In this document: positions 10,603-20,811 of the stretch, piece after piece
Numbering within the stretch: the first letter of the stretch is position 1
Layout: each line of letters starts with the position of its first letter
Source: Trueperaceae bacterium
GTDB taxonomy: Bacteria; Deinococcota; Deinococci; Deinococcales; Trueperaceae
Reading direction: 5' to 3'
Length of the DNA stretch: 64,000 nt
Assembly: GCA_965215565.1 (NCBI GenBank)
Contig: CBDCDZ010000004.1
Span: forward strand, 896,001 to 960,000
Notes under the pieces: generated by a model
Database searches by the model: none
Seen by the model: only the letters and a program-made list of their open reading frames with translations
What the model was told of the DNA's origin: nothing
Program-made: the position numbers and the translations under genes

Positions 10603-11130
10603 ATGCGGCTCCTTCTTAGCGCCTTTGTCGGCGTTACCCTTCTGGTAACGCTTTTGGTGTTGCTTACGCCCCAGGGCGCAAACGCGCAAGTCAACCAGGA
10701 GGGTGTAGCCGAAGCACAAGCGCAGAGGGCGCGCGGCGCAGACCTCTACGCGCTACGCTGCGCCGTCTGCCACGGCGCAACCGGACAAGGTTTAGCCGAA
10801 GCGCGGCTCGCCTTTCCTGAGGACCATAGGCGCTGCTCGAGCTGCCATAAATGGGGCAACCCCGCGCTCATGGCGAATCCTTTTATGGATAACAACATGT
10901 TCGATGTCGGCGACGCGCCCGCGCTCATCGGTGAGACCGCGCTGACAGGCTTTCCGAACGCCGCCGTACTCTACACCTACGTTCAAGCAACCATGCCCCG
11001 CCACGCGCCGGGTACGTTGACGAACGAGGAATACCTAGACATCACCGCGCATGTGCTCCACCTGAACGGCGCACTTTCAAAAGGTACGCAGATGACAAAG
11101 GAAAATGCTGTGACGTTCGTTCTGCCTTGA
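10603..11130 (+). CDS. Exported c-type cytochrome with two CxxCH motifs
   Basis: Signal peptide (ANA), CAVCH, CSSCH, MP axial-ligand motif. Confidence 0.85.
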   Translation: MRLLLSAFVGVTLLVTLLVLLTPQGANAQVNQEGVAEAQAQRARGADLYALRCAVCHGATGQGLAEARLAFPEDHRRCSSCHKWGNPALMANPFMDNNMFDVGDAPALIGETALTGFPNAAVLYTYVQATMPRHAPGTLTNEEYLDITAHVLHLNGALSKGTQMTKENAVTFVLP

Positions 11131-11167
11131 TGAAAAAGCGCGCCCCAACTGTAAAAAAGGGAACCTC

Positions 11168-11302
11168 ATACCCTTTCCGGTTAAACACGCTACAAAGTAG
11201 TGTGTTTAATCCCGAACAGAGTGAGTAGAAACAGCGACGGATTCCGGTGAGTAGCGGAAAAATGCGAATGCATTTTGTAGTGGATTCACCCGGAATCCGT
11301 AT
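11168..11302 (+). mobile_element. Miniature repeat element family B, copy 1
   Basis: ATAC..TTTCCGGTTAA...GAGTAGAAA...ACGGATTCCG...CCGGAATCCGTAT, also at 32185 and 60715. Confidence 0.85.
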
Positions 11303-11333
11303 CACTAGGTTCCCCTTCATTAAGCGGTATTAA

Positions 11334-11465
11334 TAGCACTTCCAGAACTTACTGAGACAGATTGCCGCAAATATCATCTCTGAAAGTGGGTACTCATCAA
11401 TGTTTTCTACAGTGAGAGTGTTGCTTCGCATCGCTTCGCGCACTCAAACCAGATGATACCTGCTA
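11334..11465 (+). mobile_element. Family A element, copy 2
   Basis: TAGCACTTCC...ACCAGATGATACCTGCTA; 3' half nearly identical to copy 1. Confidence 0.85.
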
Positions 11466-11497
11466 TAAGTTCAGGTCTTGAGATTACGCTGAATCCA

Positions 11498-12550
11498 TTA
11501 CGTTCCACTTCTCGGGTCATTCACATCTCTAAAGGCGTCACCTAAGAGGTTCCAACCCAGTACGAACAGCACGATGACGATGCCGGGGTAAAACGAAACG
11601 TACCAGTAGGCGAAGGGGTCGTTGGGCGGTCCCAAAATCCAATCTCTGGCGAAGGCGATCATCTGCCCCCAGTCCGCGAAGCCGATGGGCGGTCCTAACC
11701 CCAGAAAGCTCAGCGCGGCGGCGGTGATGACCACTGTGCCGATATCCAAGCTTGCGACGATGATGATGGAGCCGATCGAGTTAGGCAACACGTGTTTGAA
11801 GATGATGCCGATATTTCTCGCGCCCAACGCCCGCGCCCCGTCCACGTACTCCTGCTCTTTGACCCGCAAGATGTCGCCGCGCACGAGTCGCGCGTAGGTG
11901 GGCCAGCCCACGATGGCGATAGCGAGCATGATGTTGACGAGCGACTGCCCTAAGATGGTTACGATGACGATGGCCATAATTAAGCTAGGCACGGAGATGA
12001 TCACGTCGGTGAAGCGCATCAAGACATTGTCGATCCAGCCGCCGAAATAGCCCGCGATGCTGCCTATTAAAAGCCCCATAGATAAACTCACACCGATGAC
12101 CAAAAAGCCGATGAAAAAAGCGGTGCGCGTGCCCCAGACGAGCCCGTAGTAGATGTCGTAGCCGCGACTCGAGGTGCCCAAGATAGACTCGGATGTGGGC
12201 GGCTGCGGCACGGGCGAGAAGGTCGTTCGGGGGATGGTGTAACACGACGAGAGGGGCGCACTCGGTAAGGGCTGCGCGAACATCAGTCGCCAGAAGGCAG
12301 GTCTGAGCGGGTTGTTGACCTCACCCACGGTGCGAGCGGAGAGCCCTAAATCGCGCAAGCAGGAGCGCCCTGGCGTGGTGATGAGCGGCGCAGAGATCGC
12401 GACAACCACGAAGAAAAGAACGATGAGCGCACCCGTAATCGCTAGCGGGTTGCGGCGAAAGCGCTTCATCGCTTTGGAGTTCCACCACTTCACGAGGGCG
12501 CTCTGTTCGCGCTCCTGCTGAGCGGGCTGCTGCATACTCGAGCTGGCCAT
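11498..12550 (-). CDS. Peptide ABC transporter permease (OppC/DppC)
   Basis: FRRNPLA N-terminus, EAA loop EYVDGARALGA, NLLGDAFRD. Confidence 0.92.
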   Translation of the reverse strand: MASSSMQQPAQQEREQSALVKWWNSKAMKRFRRNPLAITGALIVLFFVVVAISAPLITTPGRSCLRDLGLSARTVGEVNNPLRPAFWRLMFAQPLPSAPLSSCYTIPRTTFSPVPQPPTSESILGTSSRGYDIYYGLVWGTRTAFFIGFLVIGVSLSMGLLIGSIAGYFGGWIDNVLMRFTDVIISVPSLIMAIVIVTILGQSLVNIMLAIAIVGWPTYARLVRGDILRVKEQEYVDGARALGARNIGIIFKHVLPNSIGSIIIVASLDIGTVVITAAALSFLGLGPPIGFADWGQMIAFARDWILGPPNDPFAYWYVSFYPGIVIVLFVLGWNLLGDAFRDVNDPRSGT

Positions 12551-13608
12551 CAGTTATACCTGATGCGCGGGTCGATCACGCCGTAGAGAAGGTCCACCAA
12601 GAGGTTGGCAATGACAACAATCATCGCGGTGAAAACAGCGAACCCCAGCACCGCCGCGTAGTCGAGCTGGACGGCAGCGGTCGCGCCCCACTGTCCCAAA
12701 CCTGGGTAATTGAAGACCGTTTCCGTGATGACGACCCCGTTGAAGAGGCTGAAAAGCACTAAGCCCGAGAGCGTGATGACGGGGATGAGCGCGTTGCGGC
12801 GGGCGTGCTTATAGTTCACCATGTTTTCTGGTAGCCCTTTTGCCCGCGCCGTGCGCACGTAGTCTTGCGACAAGACGTCCAAAAGCGAAGAGCGCATCAC
12901 CCGCAAAATCTGCGCAGACGAGATGATCGCGAGCGTCGTCACGGGTAAAATCATGTGCAGCACGGCGTTCCAGAAGATGTCGAAGCGTCCGTTGAGAAGC
13001 GAATCAATCGTGAGCAGCCCCGTAGGGCGCTGAAAGTCACTGCTCGCCAACTCCACAACGAAGCGCGTTGAGAGTCGCCCCGGTTCTACGCGAAACGCGC
13101 CGCCCAAAAACTCGGATAAAAACCCGCCCATCATCCCGTAGAAGACCACGAGCAGCCAAATCCCCGCCACGAAGCTCGGTAGTGAGAAGCCTACGATGGC
13201 GGCGACGCGCGTGAACTGGTCGATGAACTTATCTCGGTTCAAGGCTGCCGCCGTGCCGAGCCAGATGCCGATACCGATCACCGGAATAATCGCGTAGAGG
13301 GCTAGCTCCAGTGTGGCGGGGAACCTCTTACGAATCGTCGTCAAGACGGGCTCGTTAGTGACTTTCGAGTAACCCATGTTGCCCTGCGCCACCTGGCTGA
13401 GCCAGCGCCCGTACTGCTGATACCAGGGGTCATCGAGCCCGTAACGCTCGACGATGGCGGGCAAGTTGCGCGCCTGTTGTGGTGTTTGCGCGTAGGTGGA
13501 CGCGCGCTGAATAGGGGTTAAAAGCTGCATGAGCAGCACGATAAAGACGGTGACGCCGAAAAATACGACGGGCAAAAAGAGGAGTCGCCGAACGACGAAA
13601 GCAAACAC
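12550..13608 (-). CDS. Peptide ABC transporter permease (OppB/DppB)
   Basis: DYVRTARAKGL, HARRNALIP, DPRIRY. Confidence 0.92.
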   Translation of the reverse strand: MFAFVVRRLLFLPVVFFGVTVFIVLLMQLLTPIQRASTYAQTPQQARNLPAIVERYGLDDPWYQQYGRWLSQVAQGNMGYSKVTNEPVLTTIRKRFPATLELALYAIIPVIGIGIWLGTAAALNRDKFIDQFTRVAAIVGFSLPSFVAGIWLLVVFYGMMGGFLSEFLGGAFRVEPGRLSTRFVVELASSDFQRPTGLLTIDSLLNGRFDIFWNAVLHMILPVTTLAIISSAQILRVMRSSLLDVLSQDYVRTARAKGLPENMVNYKHARRNALIPVITLSGLVLFSLFNGVVITETVFNYPGLGQWGATAAVQLDYAAVLGFAVFTAMIVVIANLLVDLLYGVIDPRIRYN

Positions 13609-13622
13609 CTTTTACCTCCTGT

Positions 13623-13738
13623 GCAGGTATTATCTGGTCGTCAACACGCTCAGTTAAAAAGTATAGTCATTGAGCGCACAGGTTGAAGATAATACGTGCG
13701 TACATTCAAGTATGAAATACTCTACCAAGAATAGGAAC
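13623..13738 (-). mobile_element. Family A element, degenerate copy between oppA and oppB
   Basis: GCAGGTATTATCTGGTC...CACGCTCA matches the reverse-strand end of family A; the rest is diverged. Confidence 0.55.
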
Positions 13739-13740
13739 AA

Positions 13741-13761
13741 GGAGCGGCGCTGAGCCGCTCC
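13741..13761 (-). terminator. Hairpin after oppA (terminator or mRNA stabiliser)
   Basis: GGAGCGGC-GCTGA-GCCGCTCC. Confidence 0.5.
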
Positions 13762-13781
13762 TCTTGCCTCTCAAAGTCCGT

Positions 13782-15524
13782 TTAGTTCTTCGAGATGTCT
13801 TTCCAGTAGTAGTTGTGCGAAAGCATCGGGTTGTAGTAGACGCCTTGGAGCACCTCACTCGCGGCGATAAACGCGCCGGGTACGGGCAGCGGTACGACGG
13901 GCGCGAGATCGTAGTGAAGCTGCGTGGCTTGCGCGTAGAGTTCTTCGCGCTGGCTCTGATCCGTCGAGGTGTTGGCTTCCCTCAGCACCTGGTCCATCTG
14001 CTCGTCGCTGAAGTTCGTGCGTCCGTCCGGGTAGAAGCCGTCGGAGAGGTAGAACGTGTTGAAGAAGTTTCTCGGGTCGGCGTAGTCCGCGCCCCAACCG
14101 AGCACGAACATCGGCGTCAAGCCCTGGTCGCTACGAGCCAAGAAGTCAGGCCAGGCGAGCGAGCGGATGTTCATCGTGAAGTTCGGGCTCAAGAACTCCA
14201 GGTTCTCTTTGATGATTTCAAGCGCCGCTTGCCGCGTGGTGTTGCCCGCGTTGTAGAGCGCAGTGAACTCGAAGCCGGTGTCGAACAGTTGACCGTCAAA
14301 CGCTTCATTAAAGGCTTGCTCCGCCGCCTCTAAATCGAGCGTGCGAATCGGCACATTGTCGGTGTAGCCGAAGAAGGAGGGGGGCAGCGCCGCTGTTACC
14401 GCCTGACCTTCGCCCTCGTAGATTTGCTCGATAAAGGCTTGCTGGTCGAAGAGGTGCGCGAAGCCGATGCGCACGTTCGGGTCGGCGAAGAAGTCCGACG
14501 GGATGCCCTGACCGTCCAACTGCCCCGAGCCGATGTCCTCATTGTTCTCGGTCACAATGTCGGTGTTGAAGAAAACCGCTGAGACCGAGGTTTCGTTCCA
14601 GTCGGAGTTTTCGTACACGGTGACGCCCGGTGCGCCGCGAAGCTGTACCAATGCCGCGCGGTCGCCCAAGATAGCGCGGTCCGCGTCGCCCTGTTGCAGC
14701 GCGAGGATGTTGGTGGACTGCTCTTCGACGTAGTTGTAGACGACGTTGGTGATGGGCGGTGCGCCGTCCCAATAGTCCGCGAAGGCTTGCCCGACGAAGG
14801 AGTTGCCCGTCCACTCGACGAGTTGATACGCGCCCGTGCCGCTCGCCGCGTTGTGCATAAATTCTTGGGTGAGGTCGCGCCCAATCCAGTCGGTCCAGGT
14901 CGCTTCGGTACCGTCCCACATGCCGTTCTCGATGGCCCACTGGCTGTCTGTCACGCTGAACGCGGTGTACACGAGGATCGAGAGGAACGCGGGGTCGGGC
15001 TGGGTGAGGTTGAGTTGCACCGTTAAACCGTCGTCACCGTCGGGGCACTCAACTGCGCCGTCGATCATGCCCCAGTTGACCTCTTCTTGGTACGCCGCCG
15101 CGTCGCTACCGTCGGTCTGCGTGCCTAAGAACTGGTTGCCGACGAGATAGCTGACCGCGCCTTCGGGGTGCGCGACTACCATACCGCGCTCCAAGGAGTA
15201 CTCCACGTCGCGGCAGGTCATGGTGTTGCCACTATGGAAAGGCACGCCTTCGCGCAGGGTGAAGGTGTAAGTAGTCCCATCTTCGGATACCTGATAGTCG
15301 GTCGCCAAAGCGGGCACGAACTCGTCGATGCTCGCGCCGTCATACGTGTAGAGCGTTTCATAGATGTTCTCTAAGAGCGAACCTGAAGCGGTGTCGTAGG
15401 CCCTGGCCGGGTCGAGTGTAACCGCTTCGCCGAAAGCGGAGACGACGTAGGTGTCGGCGGGGGCTTGCGCCGCGCCGGTCGAAAGTAGACCGAGCAGCGC
15501 GAGTAGGGATAGAGCTTTTTTCAT
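13782..15524 (-). CDS. Peptide ABC transporter substrate-binding protein (family 5)
   Basis: Signal peptide, TLDPA, YETL, SGTGAYQL, GWGADYADP; RBS AGGAGG before ATG 15524. Confidence 0.92.
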   Translation of the reverse strand: MKKALSLLALLGLLSTGAAQAPADTYVVSAFGEAVTLDPARAYDTASGSLLENIYETLYTYDGASIDEFVPALATDYQVSEDGTTYTFTLREGVPFHSGNTMTCRDVEYSLERGMVVAHPEGAVSYLVGNQFLGTQTDGSDAAAYQEEVNWGMIDGAVECPDGDDGLTVQLNLTQPDPAFLSILVYTAFSVTDSQWAIENGMWDGTEATWTDWIGRDLTQEFMHNAASGTGAYQLVEWTGNSFVGQAFADYWDGAPPITNVVYNYVEEQSTNILALQQGDADRAILGDRAALVQLRGAPGVTVYENSDWNETSVSAVFFNTDIVTENNEDIGSGQLDGQGIPSDFFADPNVRIGFAHLFDQQAFIEQIYEGEGQAVTAALPPSFFGYTDNVPIRTLDLEAAEQAFNEAFDGQLFDTGFEFTALYNAGNTTRQAALEIIKENLEFLSPNFTMNIRSLAWPDFLARSDQGLTPMFVLGWGADYADPRNFFNTFYLSDGFYPDGRTNFSDEQMDQVLREANTSTDQSQREELYAQATQLHYDLAPVVPLPVPGAFIAASEVLQGVYYNPMLSHNYYWKDISKN

Positions 15525-16091
15525 AGTCCTCCTAAAGCGAAAAGCGTAGGGTGAAAGGTGTGTCGTTGCAGTATGGACCATTGCGGTATGGACGAAATGT
15601 CTATAGATAGATTGTCTAGTCTAATCTATAGATTGTTCACAGACCAAGCTAGGTAGCATAGAGCGCGTAAGCGCGTCCCTTAAATCCTCCTTTCCCTAAG
15701 ATCACATCGTCATGACCTCATTAGTCTAACAAACTTGCTCACGGTTGCGTCACCTTCTGAATGAAGTCTTAAAAACGGATGACTTCATTAAGTGCGTCCG
15801 AAATAGAACCGCTGATTAACTTCGTGCGCAGATGTGAACATTTGTACACTGAGTTCACCTTACCACCGAAAGCGCCGATGTCTACAGGAGGGAGTTTTTT
15901 AGGTTTTACTACGCCTCCTCGCTTGACTGTCCCGGTTCATTTTATGCATGGCTCAGTCACGTAAGGAAACGTTTTGAGCCTCTCCACGTACCTCACCAGG
16001 CTGCCAGAACGCTCGTCTTGACCTCCGCCTTGGCCTTCGTCTTGACCTCGAGTACACGGCTTTGCCCTCTTTTCGCGGTAAACTTAGCGCG

Positions 16092-16679
16092 ATGAAACGT
16101 ACTCTTTTTGCTCTCGCTTTGCTCACAGGGCTGAGCGCCTGTATGGAACGCTCGGACGCCCTAGCGCCCGTTGTTACAATCACCTCGCCCCAGAGCGGCA
16201 CGGTCAGGACGGCGGAGAACTTGCAGGTCAGCGGTTACGCGCTGGACGACGAGGGCGTCCGGGCGGTGCGCGTGAACGGACTCGACCTCTTAGGCGCGAG
16301 CTTCTACGAGGGGCAGCGCGGCAAGAAGCTCGTGCGCTTCGCGTTTATCCCGCAGTCCGTCGGCGAAGGGCGCTGGGAATCGACGATCGAAGTTGAAGAC
16401 GTCGACGGGCGCGTGAGCACGCTCGACTTCCCGCTGGAAATAGACACGACGCCGCCAACGTTAGAGATTACAGGCACCGAGGGCTTAGCGGAGGGGCGCG
16501 TGCGCGTCGCGGGCGTGGCGAGGGACAACGATCAAGTCGGGCGCGTCAGCGTGGGCGGCACAGACCTCTCGTTCATCCCGGCCGAGCAGGTCTCCTTTTC
16601 GCTCGACGTGGCGCGCGAAGGGCTGGAAATCGTCGTCGTGGACCAGGCGGGCAACCGGATCGTCGAACAGCCCCAATGA
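16092..16679 (+). CDS. Lipoprotein with two Ig-like domains
   Basis: Lipobox LSAC; D..APVVTITSP, DTTPPTLEI and DQAGN Ig-like repeats. Confidence 0.75.
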   Translation: MKRTLFALALLTGLSACMERSDALAPVVTITSPQSGTVRTAENLQVSGYALDDEGVRAVRVNGLDLLGASFYEGQRGKKLVRFAFIPQSVGEGRWESTIEVEDVDGRVSTLDFPLEIDTTPPTLEITGTEGLAEGRVRVAGVARDNDQVGRVSVGGTDLSFIPAEQVSFSLDVAREGLEIVVVDQAGNRIVEQPQ

Positions 16680-16721
16680 CGCGCCCTTCAGCGTGCGCCT
16701 TGAAGGTGTGATGTCTCTGTA

Positions 16722-18182
16722 ATGGACACTGCGATGAAACCTGGAGCGAAACCTGTTTCGCAATCTGCGCCGCCACCTTCGCCTAAGCTTCCCATTTCGG
16801 CGGGCGATGTGCCGGGTTTGGGGAGACGCGCGCTCACCTTGGAAAAGGCGCACGGCAACGGCGACTTGGTGCGCATCGTCGAGGCGTTAGGTATCGGCGG
16901 ACCGCTCGAGGTCGTGAATCCTTGGGAGCTAAGAGACGAAGGAGGACGGCACCTCATCAATGCGGGGGGCTACGCCGCCCTCCCCTTCGGCGAACGCTAC
17001 CCGCCGCTCGTCGACTTTATCCGTACCTATTTCGAAACGAGCACCAGCATGAGCCTGCCGCAGCAGTCCGCCTCGGACTGGCGGGCGGCGCTAGAAACGA
17101 ACCTCGTCGCCCTGCTCTCATTTTACGCGCCGAGCCACGAAGATTCGCAGGTCTTCTTTTCGAACAGCGGCGCGGAGGCCATCGAGACGGCGCTCAAGTT
17201 CGCGCGCACCGCGAGACCTGGCGCTACGCACCTCATCAACTTTACGAAGGGGTATCACGGCAAGACGGCGGGCGCGCTCTCCTTGACGCCTAACGAGGAA
17301 TATCAAGCGCCCTTTAGACCGCTCTTGGGCGGCGTGGTGACGCTGCCTTACGGCGACGCGCAGGCGCTTACGGACAAGGTGACGGAACTCGGCGCGGATA
17401 GGGTCATCGGCGTCGTGTTGGAGCCTATTCAGGGCGAGGGCGGCGTGATTCATCCGCCAGCGGATTTCTTGCCTGCCGTGAACGCCCTCCGTGAGTGCGG
17501 CATCCTCGTCATTGCCGACGAGGTTCAGACCGGCTTGGGGCGCTCCGGGCACCTCTTCGCGAGCGTCGCGGGCGGTTTAGACCCCGATATCCTCACCCTA
17601 GCGAAACCGCTCGGCGGCGGGCTCTTGCCGATAGGCGCGACCATCACGCGGCGCGAGGTCTATAAGACGATGCTGGGCGGTCTGCAGAGCAAGCGCCACT
17701 CAAACACCTTTGGCGGCGGCTCGCTGGCGGCGGCAGTGGGGCTCAAGTCGCTGGAAATCATCGTAGAAGAGAACCTGGCTGAACGCTCGAGAGGTCTAGG
17801 CGAACACGGCTTAGCGGCGCTGAGGAAGCTGCGAGCGTTCTATCCAGACCTCATTCAAGAGGTGCGCGGCGCGGGGCTGCTCTTCGCGCTGCAACTGCAA
17901 CCTGTCGTCTCTCCTAAGGTTTTGGTGGGAGAGTTGCCCGCGCAACTCGGGAGCGCCCTGGCGCTAAGGCTGCTGCACCAGGCGGGCGTGCACGGGTGTT
18001 ACACGCTGAATTCAAGCAGCGTGGTGCGCCTCACGCCGCCTCTCAACATCCCCGAGGAAACCTTCACGGAGCTTCTGGAGCGCGTTGCACATTTCGCGAA
18101 GTGTACGCCTAAGGCCTGGCAACTCCCGCTTAAAACCCCACCTTCTGTACTGGCGGGTCTAGCGCGTCTTGCCCTGAGGTAG
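16722..18182 (+). CDS. Class III PLP-dependent aminotransferase
   Basis: [36 protein letters not shown]. Confidence 0.92.
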   Translation: MDTAMKPGAKPVSQSAPPPSPKLPISAGDVPGLGRRALTLEKAHGNGDLVRIVEALGIGGPLEVVNPWELRDEGGRHLINAGGYAALPFGERYPPLVDFIRTYFETSTSMSLPQQSASDWRAALETNLVALLSFYAPSHEDSQVFFSNSGAEAIETALKFARTARPGATHLINFTKGYHGKTAGALSLTPNEEYQAPFRPLLGGVVTLPYGDAQALTDKVTELGADRVIGVVLEPIQGEGGVIHPPADFLPAVNALRECGILVIADEVQTGLGRSGHLFASVAGGLDPDILTLAKPLGGGLLPIGATITRREVYKTMLGGLQSKRHSNTFGGGSLAAAVGLKSLEIIVEENLAERSRGLGEHGLAALRKLRAFYPDLIQEVRGAGLLFALQLQPVVSPKVLVGELPAQLGSALALRLLHQAGVHGCYTLNSSSVVRLTPPLNIPEETFTELLERVAHFAKCTPKAWQLPLKTPPSVLAGLARLALR

Positions 18183-19506
18183 CTTCGCGGTGGGCTTGGC
18201 GCACCTCCTCTAGGTCCGCTTCGATAAGAACGTCGCCCGCAACCTCCAAGATGAGGTCGGCTTGCTCTATAAGGGCGTCGTTGAGGCGCGGATGATCGTT
18301 GAGCGCACGCAGCACGGCGATAGTCTGCAGGAGGTGCAAAGAGACCATCATATTATCGCCGCTAAAGCGGCGCAGCGGTCCAAAGGTGTTCTTAACTAGG
18401 TCTTTGATGTCCACCTGGGTGTAGATGAGGCGGAGCTTCTCCTCGTCGTCGCAGAAGTACGGCGAATGTAGTTTGCGCGAAGCGAGCAAGTTGAACCCTT
18501 CGCCGATGCGGTTGATACATTCGATGGCTGTAACAGGATCATTGATGCCCGGCGAGAGCGCCCGGAGCGCCACCTCGGTGAGTTGGTCGAACAGAAAGTC
18601 GAAGTCTTGCAGGGGTGTGCGGCGCGGCCCGAAGGTGAACGCGCCGCGCAGCTTCTCCTCCAATTCCTCGGTGAGGCGTTCGCCGGGCCACACCTCTAAG
18701 AGCGGTCTGCGCTCGACCAAAAACGTACCGGGTCGGTGCGGCACTTTGACGATCACGCCGTGTTCCTTCGCGGCGGAGATGAGCCTTTGTACGCCAACTG
18801 TTTGCAGGTAGCTGCTGTGCACCATCGGCACGCTCCGCGCGTCCTCGTCAAACTCGTCAGGAATGGAGGACGCTAAGTCGAGCGCTTCGTCGCTGAGACC
18901 TCGTTCGTGAGAGAGCCGCTCCTCGGGATAGATCTTTTTAATGAGGTCTTCTAAACTCTGCGCGATGTTGGTGATGATACTGGACGCCTGAATCGACTCC
19001 GCTGTGTGATGGATGAAGTAGATAAACACGCCTAAGTTAAAGGCCGCTAGAAGCACTGAGAACGTCACCGCGAGGTGCGGCACGAAAGAGGTCAGCGCGG
19101 CGGCTTCATCCGCCGAGCGAATCGTGCGCAGCACCAAGAGGCAGTAGATAAAGGTGCCGATAAAGCTTCCCAGCACAAACTGGTTGCCCCGGTCGCGCAT
19201 GAAGTTGCCCAGAAGCCGTGGTCCGTACTGCCCCGAGGTGAGCGACAAGACGACCATTGTAATGGAGAACGCTACGCCCGCGACGCCTATCATGGAGCCC
19301 GAAATGGTGGAAAGCAAGGAGCGTGCACCGTCAGGCTGATTGAGGTACACGAACCGGATATCGCGCAGCCAGGTGAGCTTGTCGTCGCCCGTATCAAGCC
19401 ATACTAGAAGCGACGCGAGCAGCACCGAACCCAGAGTCATGAGCCCCGGCAAGAACCAGTAGCTCGCTAAAAGCGCGTCCCAGGTACTCGTGAACCGGTT
19501 ACGCAT
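18130..19506 (-). CDS. DUF2254-like membrane protein
   Basis: SGQYGPRLL, YFIHH and RALSPGINDPVTA motifs. Confidence 0.8.
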   Translation of the reverse strand: MRNRFTSTWDALLASYWFLPGLMTLGSVLLASLLVWLDTGDDKLTWLRDIRFVYLNQPDGARSLLSTISGSMIGVAGVAFSITMVVLSLTSGQYGPRLLGNFMRDRGNQFVLGSFIGTFIYCLLVLRTIRSADEAAALTSFVPHLAVTFSVLLAAFNLGVFIYFIHHTAESIQASSIITNIAQSLEDLIKKIYPEERLSHERGLSDEALDLASSIPDEFDEDARSVPMVHSSYLQTVGVQRLISAAKEHGVIVKVPHRPGTFLVERRPLLEVWPGERLTEELEEKLRGAFTFGPRRTPLQDFDFLFDQLTEVALRALSPGINDPVTAIECINRIGEGFNLLASRKLHSPYFCDDEEKLRLIYTQVDIKDLVKNTFGPLRRFSGDNMMVSLHLLQTIAVLRALNDHPRLNDALIEQADLILEVAGDVLIEADLEEVRQAHREATSGQDALDPPVQKVGF

Positions 19507-19602
19507 AAGATGACCTCTCGCAAGGCGTGGCTGATGAGCAATGCGTCATACGCAACTGGTCCTTCACTTTTAACTGGTTACTCGCTGCTCTTAACTTCTC
19601 TT

Positions 19603-20385
19603 TCATCGCCCGCCACCCGCCGCTTGACCTTCCTTAGCAGCCTCTTCCGTGTAGGGCTGATGCAGCTTGACAGGTTTGGAGCCGCGAAGCCGCAAGTTGA
19701 GCATCTCGACAAAGACCGCGAAGCCCATCGAGAAATAGATGTAGCCTTTGGGGATGTGCTGACCGAAACTCTCCGCAACCAAAGACACGCCGATAAGGAT
19801 CAAAAAGGAGAGCGCCAGCATCTTCACCGTCGGGTGCTGCTCGACAAAGGTGCTGATCGGTCCGGCGGAGATGAGCATGATGCCCACCGCGATCACGACG
19901 GCTGTCACCATCACGCCGAGGTCGTCCGCCATGCCGACGGCAGTAATGACCGAGTCGAGCGAAAACACGACATCTAAAATGAGAATCTGCACGATGACAG
20001 CAGCGAACGAGGGCGCGACTTTGGCGCTCTCGTGCCCCTCTTCGCCCTCCAACTTCTGGTGAATCTCCTGCGTCGCTTTGGCGATCAAGAAGAGCCCACC
20101 CGCGAGCAAGATGAGGTCGCGCCCAGAAATCTCTTGCGCGAATACCGTAAACAGCGGCTCCGTCAAACCGATGATCCAACTGATCGAGAAGAGGAGCAAG
20201 ATGCGCGTGAACATCGCTAGAAAGAGTCCCACGTTGCGCGCTCTAGGCTGCTGCTCCTCGGGCAGCTTAGAGGAGACAATCGAGATAAAAACGATGTTGT
20301 CGATGCCCAAAACGATTTCTAAAAGGGTGAGCGTAAGAAGCGCAACCCACGCTTCTGGGCTACTAACCCACGAAAACAAGTCCAT
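19603..20385 (-). CDS. TerC family membrane protein
   Basis: LEIVLGIDN, DVVFSLDSVITAVG, IPKGYIYF. Confidence 0.92.
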   Translation of the reverse strand: MDLFSWVSSPEAWVALLTLTLLEIVLGIDNIVFISIVSSKLPEEQQPRARNVGLFLAMFTRILLLFSISWIIGLTEPLFTVFAQEISGRDLILLAGGLFLIAKATQEIHQKLEGEEGHESAKVAPSFAAVIVQILILDVVFSLDSVITAVGMADDLGVMVTAVVIAVGIMLISAGPISTFVEQHPTVKMLALSFLILIGVSLVAESFGQHIPKGYIYFSMGFAVFVEMLNLRLRGSKPVKLHQPYTEEAAKEGQAAGGGR

Positions 20386-20470
20386 AGTGGTCCCTTGGGT
20401 GCTCCTGGCTAAAGGTATGTACCGGCGAGTAGGAGCACGGTGAAGTCGGCTTTCACTATACCTTTAGCAG

Positions 20471-20811
20471 TAGCAGGTATCATCTAGTCAGAGACACGCT
20501 CACTTTATAAAACAATGTTTAGCACGCACTTCAAGGGATGATATCTGCGCTCAACTGTCTCAACATGTTGTGGAACTGCTGCAGGTATCAAAGTCAGTCC
20601 CACTAACGTTTGGAACTGGTCAGAGTGTACGTAGAGTTTTGCGAAAAGCTCTCAACGAATCTCAGTGCTGCTTACGATTAGCAGGTATCATCTGGTTTGA
20701 GTGTACGTAAGTTTTGCGAAGCAACACGCTCACTTCATAAAACGATGTCTAACACGCACGTTGGGTGGTGATACTTGCAGCACTCTGTCTCAATATGTCT
20801 TGGAACTGCTA
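20471..20811 (-). mobile_element. Tandem cluster of family A elements (full copies 20471-20580 and 20679-20811, fragment between)
   Basis: Two TAGCAGGTATCATCT...GGAACTGCT units plus a GCAGGTATCA fragment at 20581. Confidence 0.85.

Noticed and set aside
16012..16050. 12-bp-period CTTGACC repeat, and the TCAGCCTT triple near 41677
   Set aside because: Short and degenerate, consistent with local slippage, with no supporting context.
20471..20811. Recurring GCAGGTATCA units as a CRISPR array
   Set aside because: The intervening segments are homologous to each other and to dispersed family A copies, spacing is about 100 bp, and no cas genes are present.
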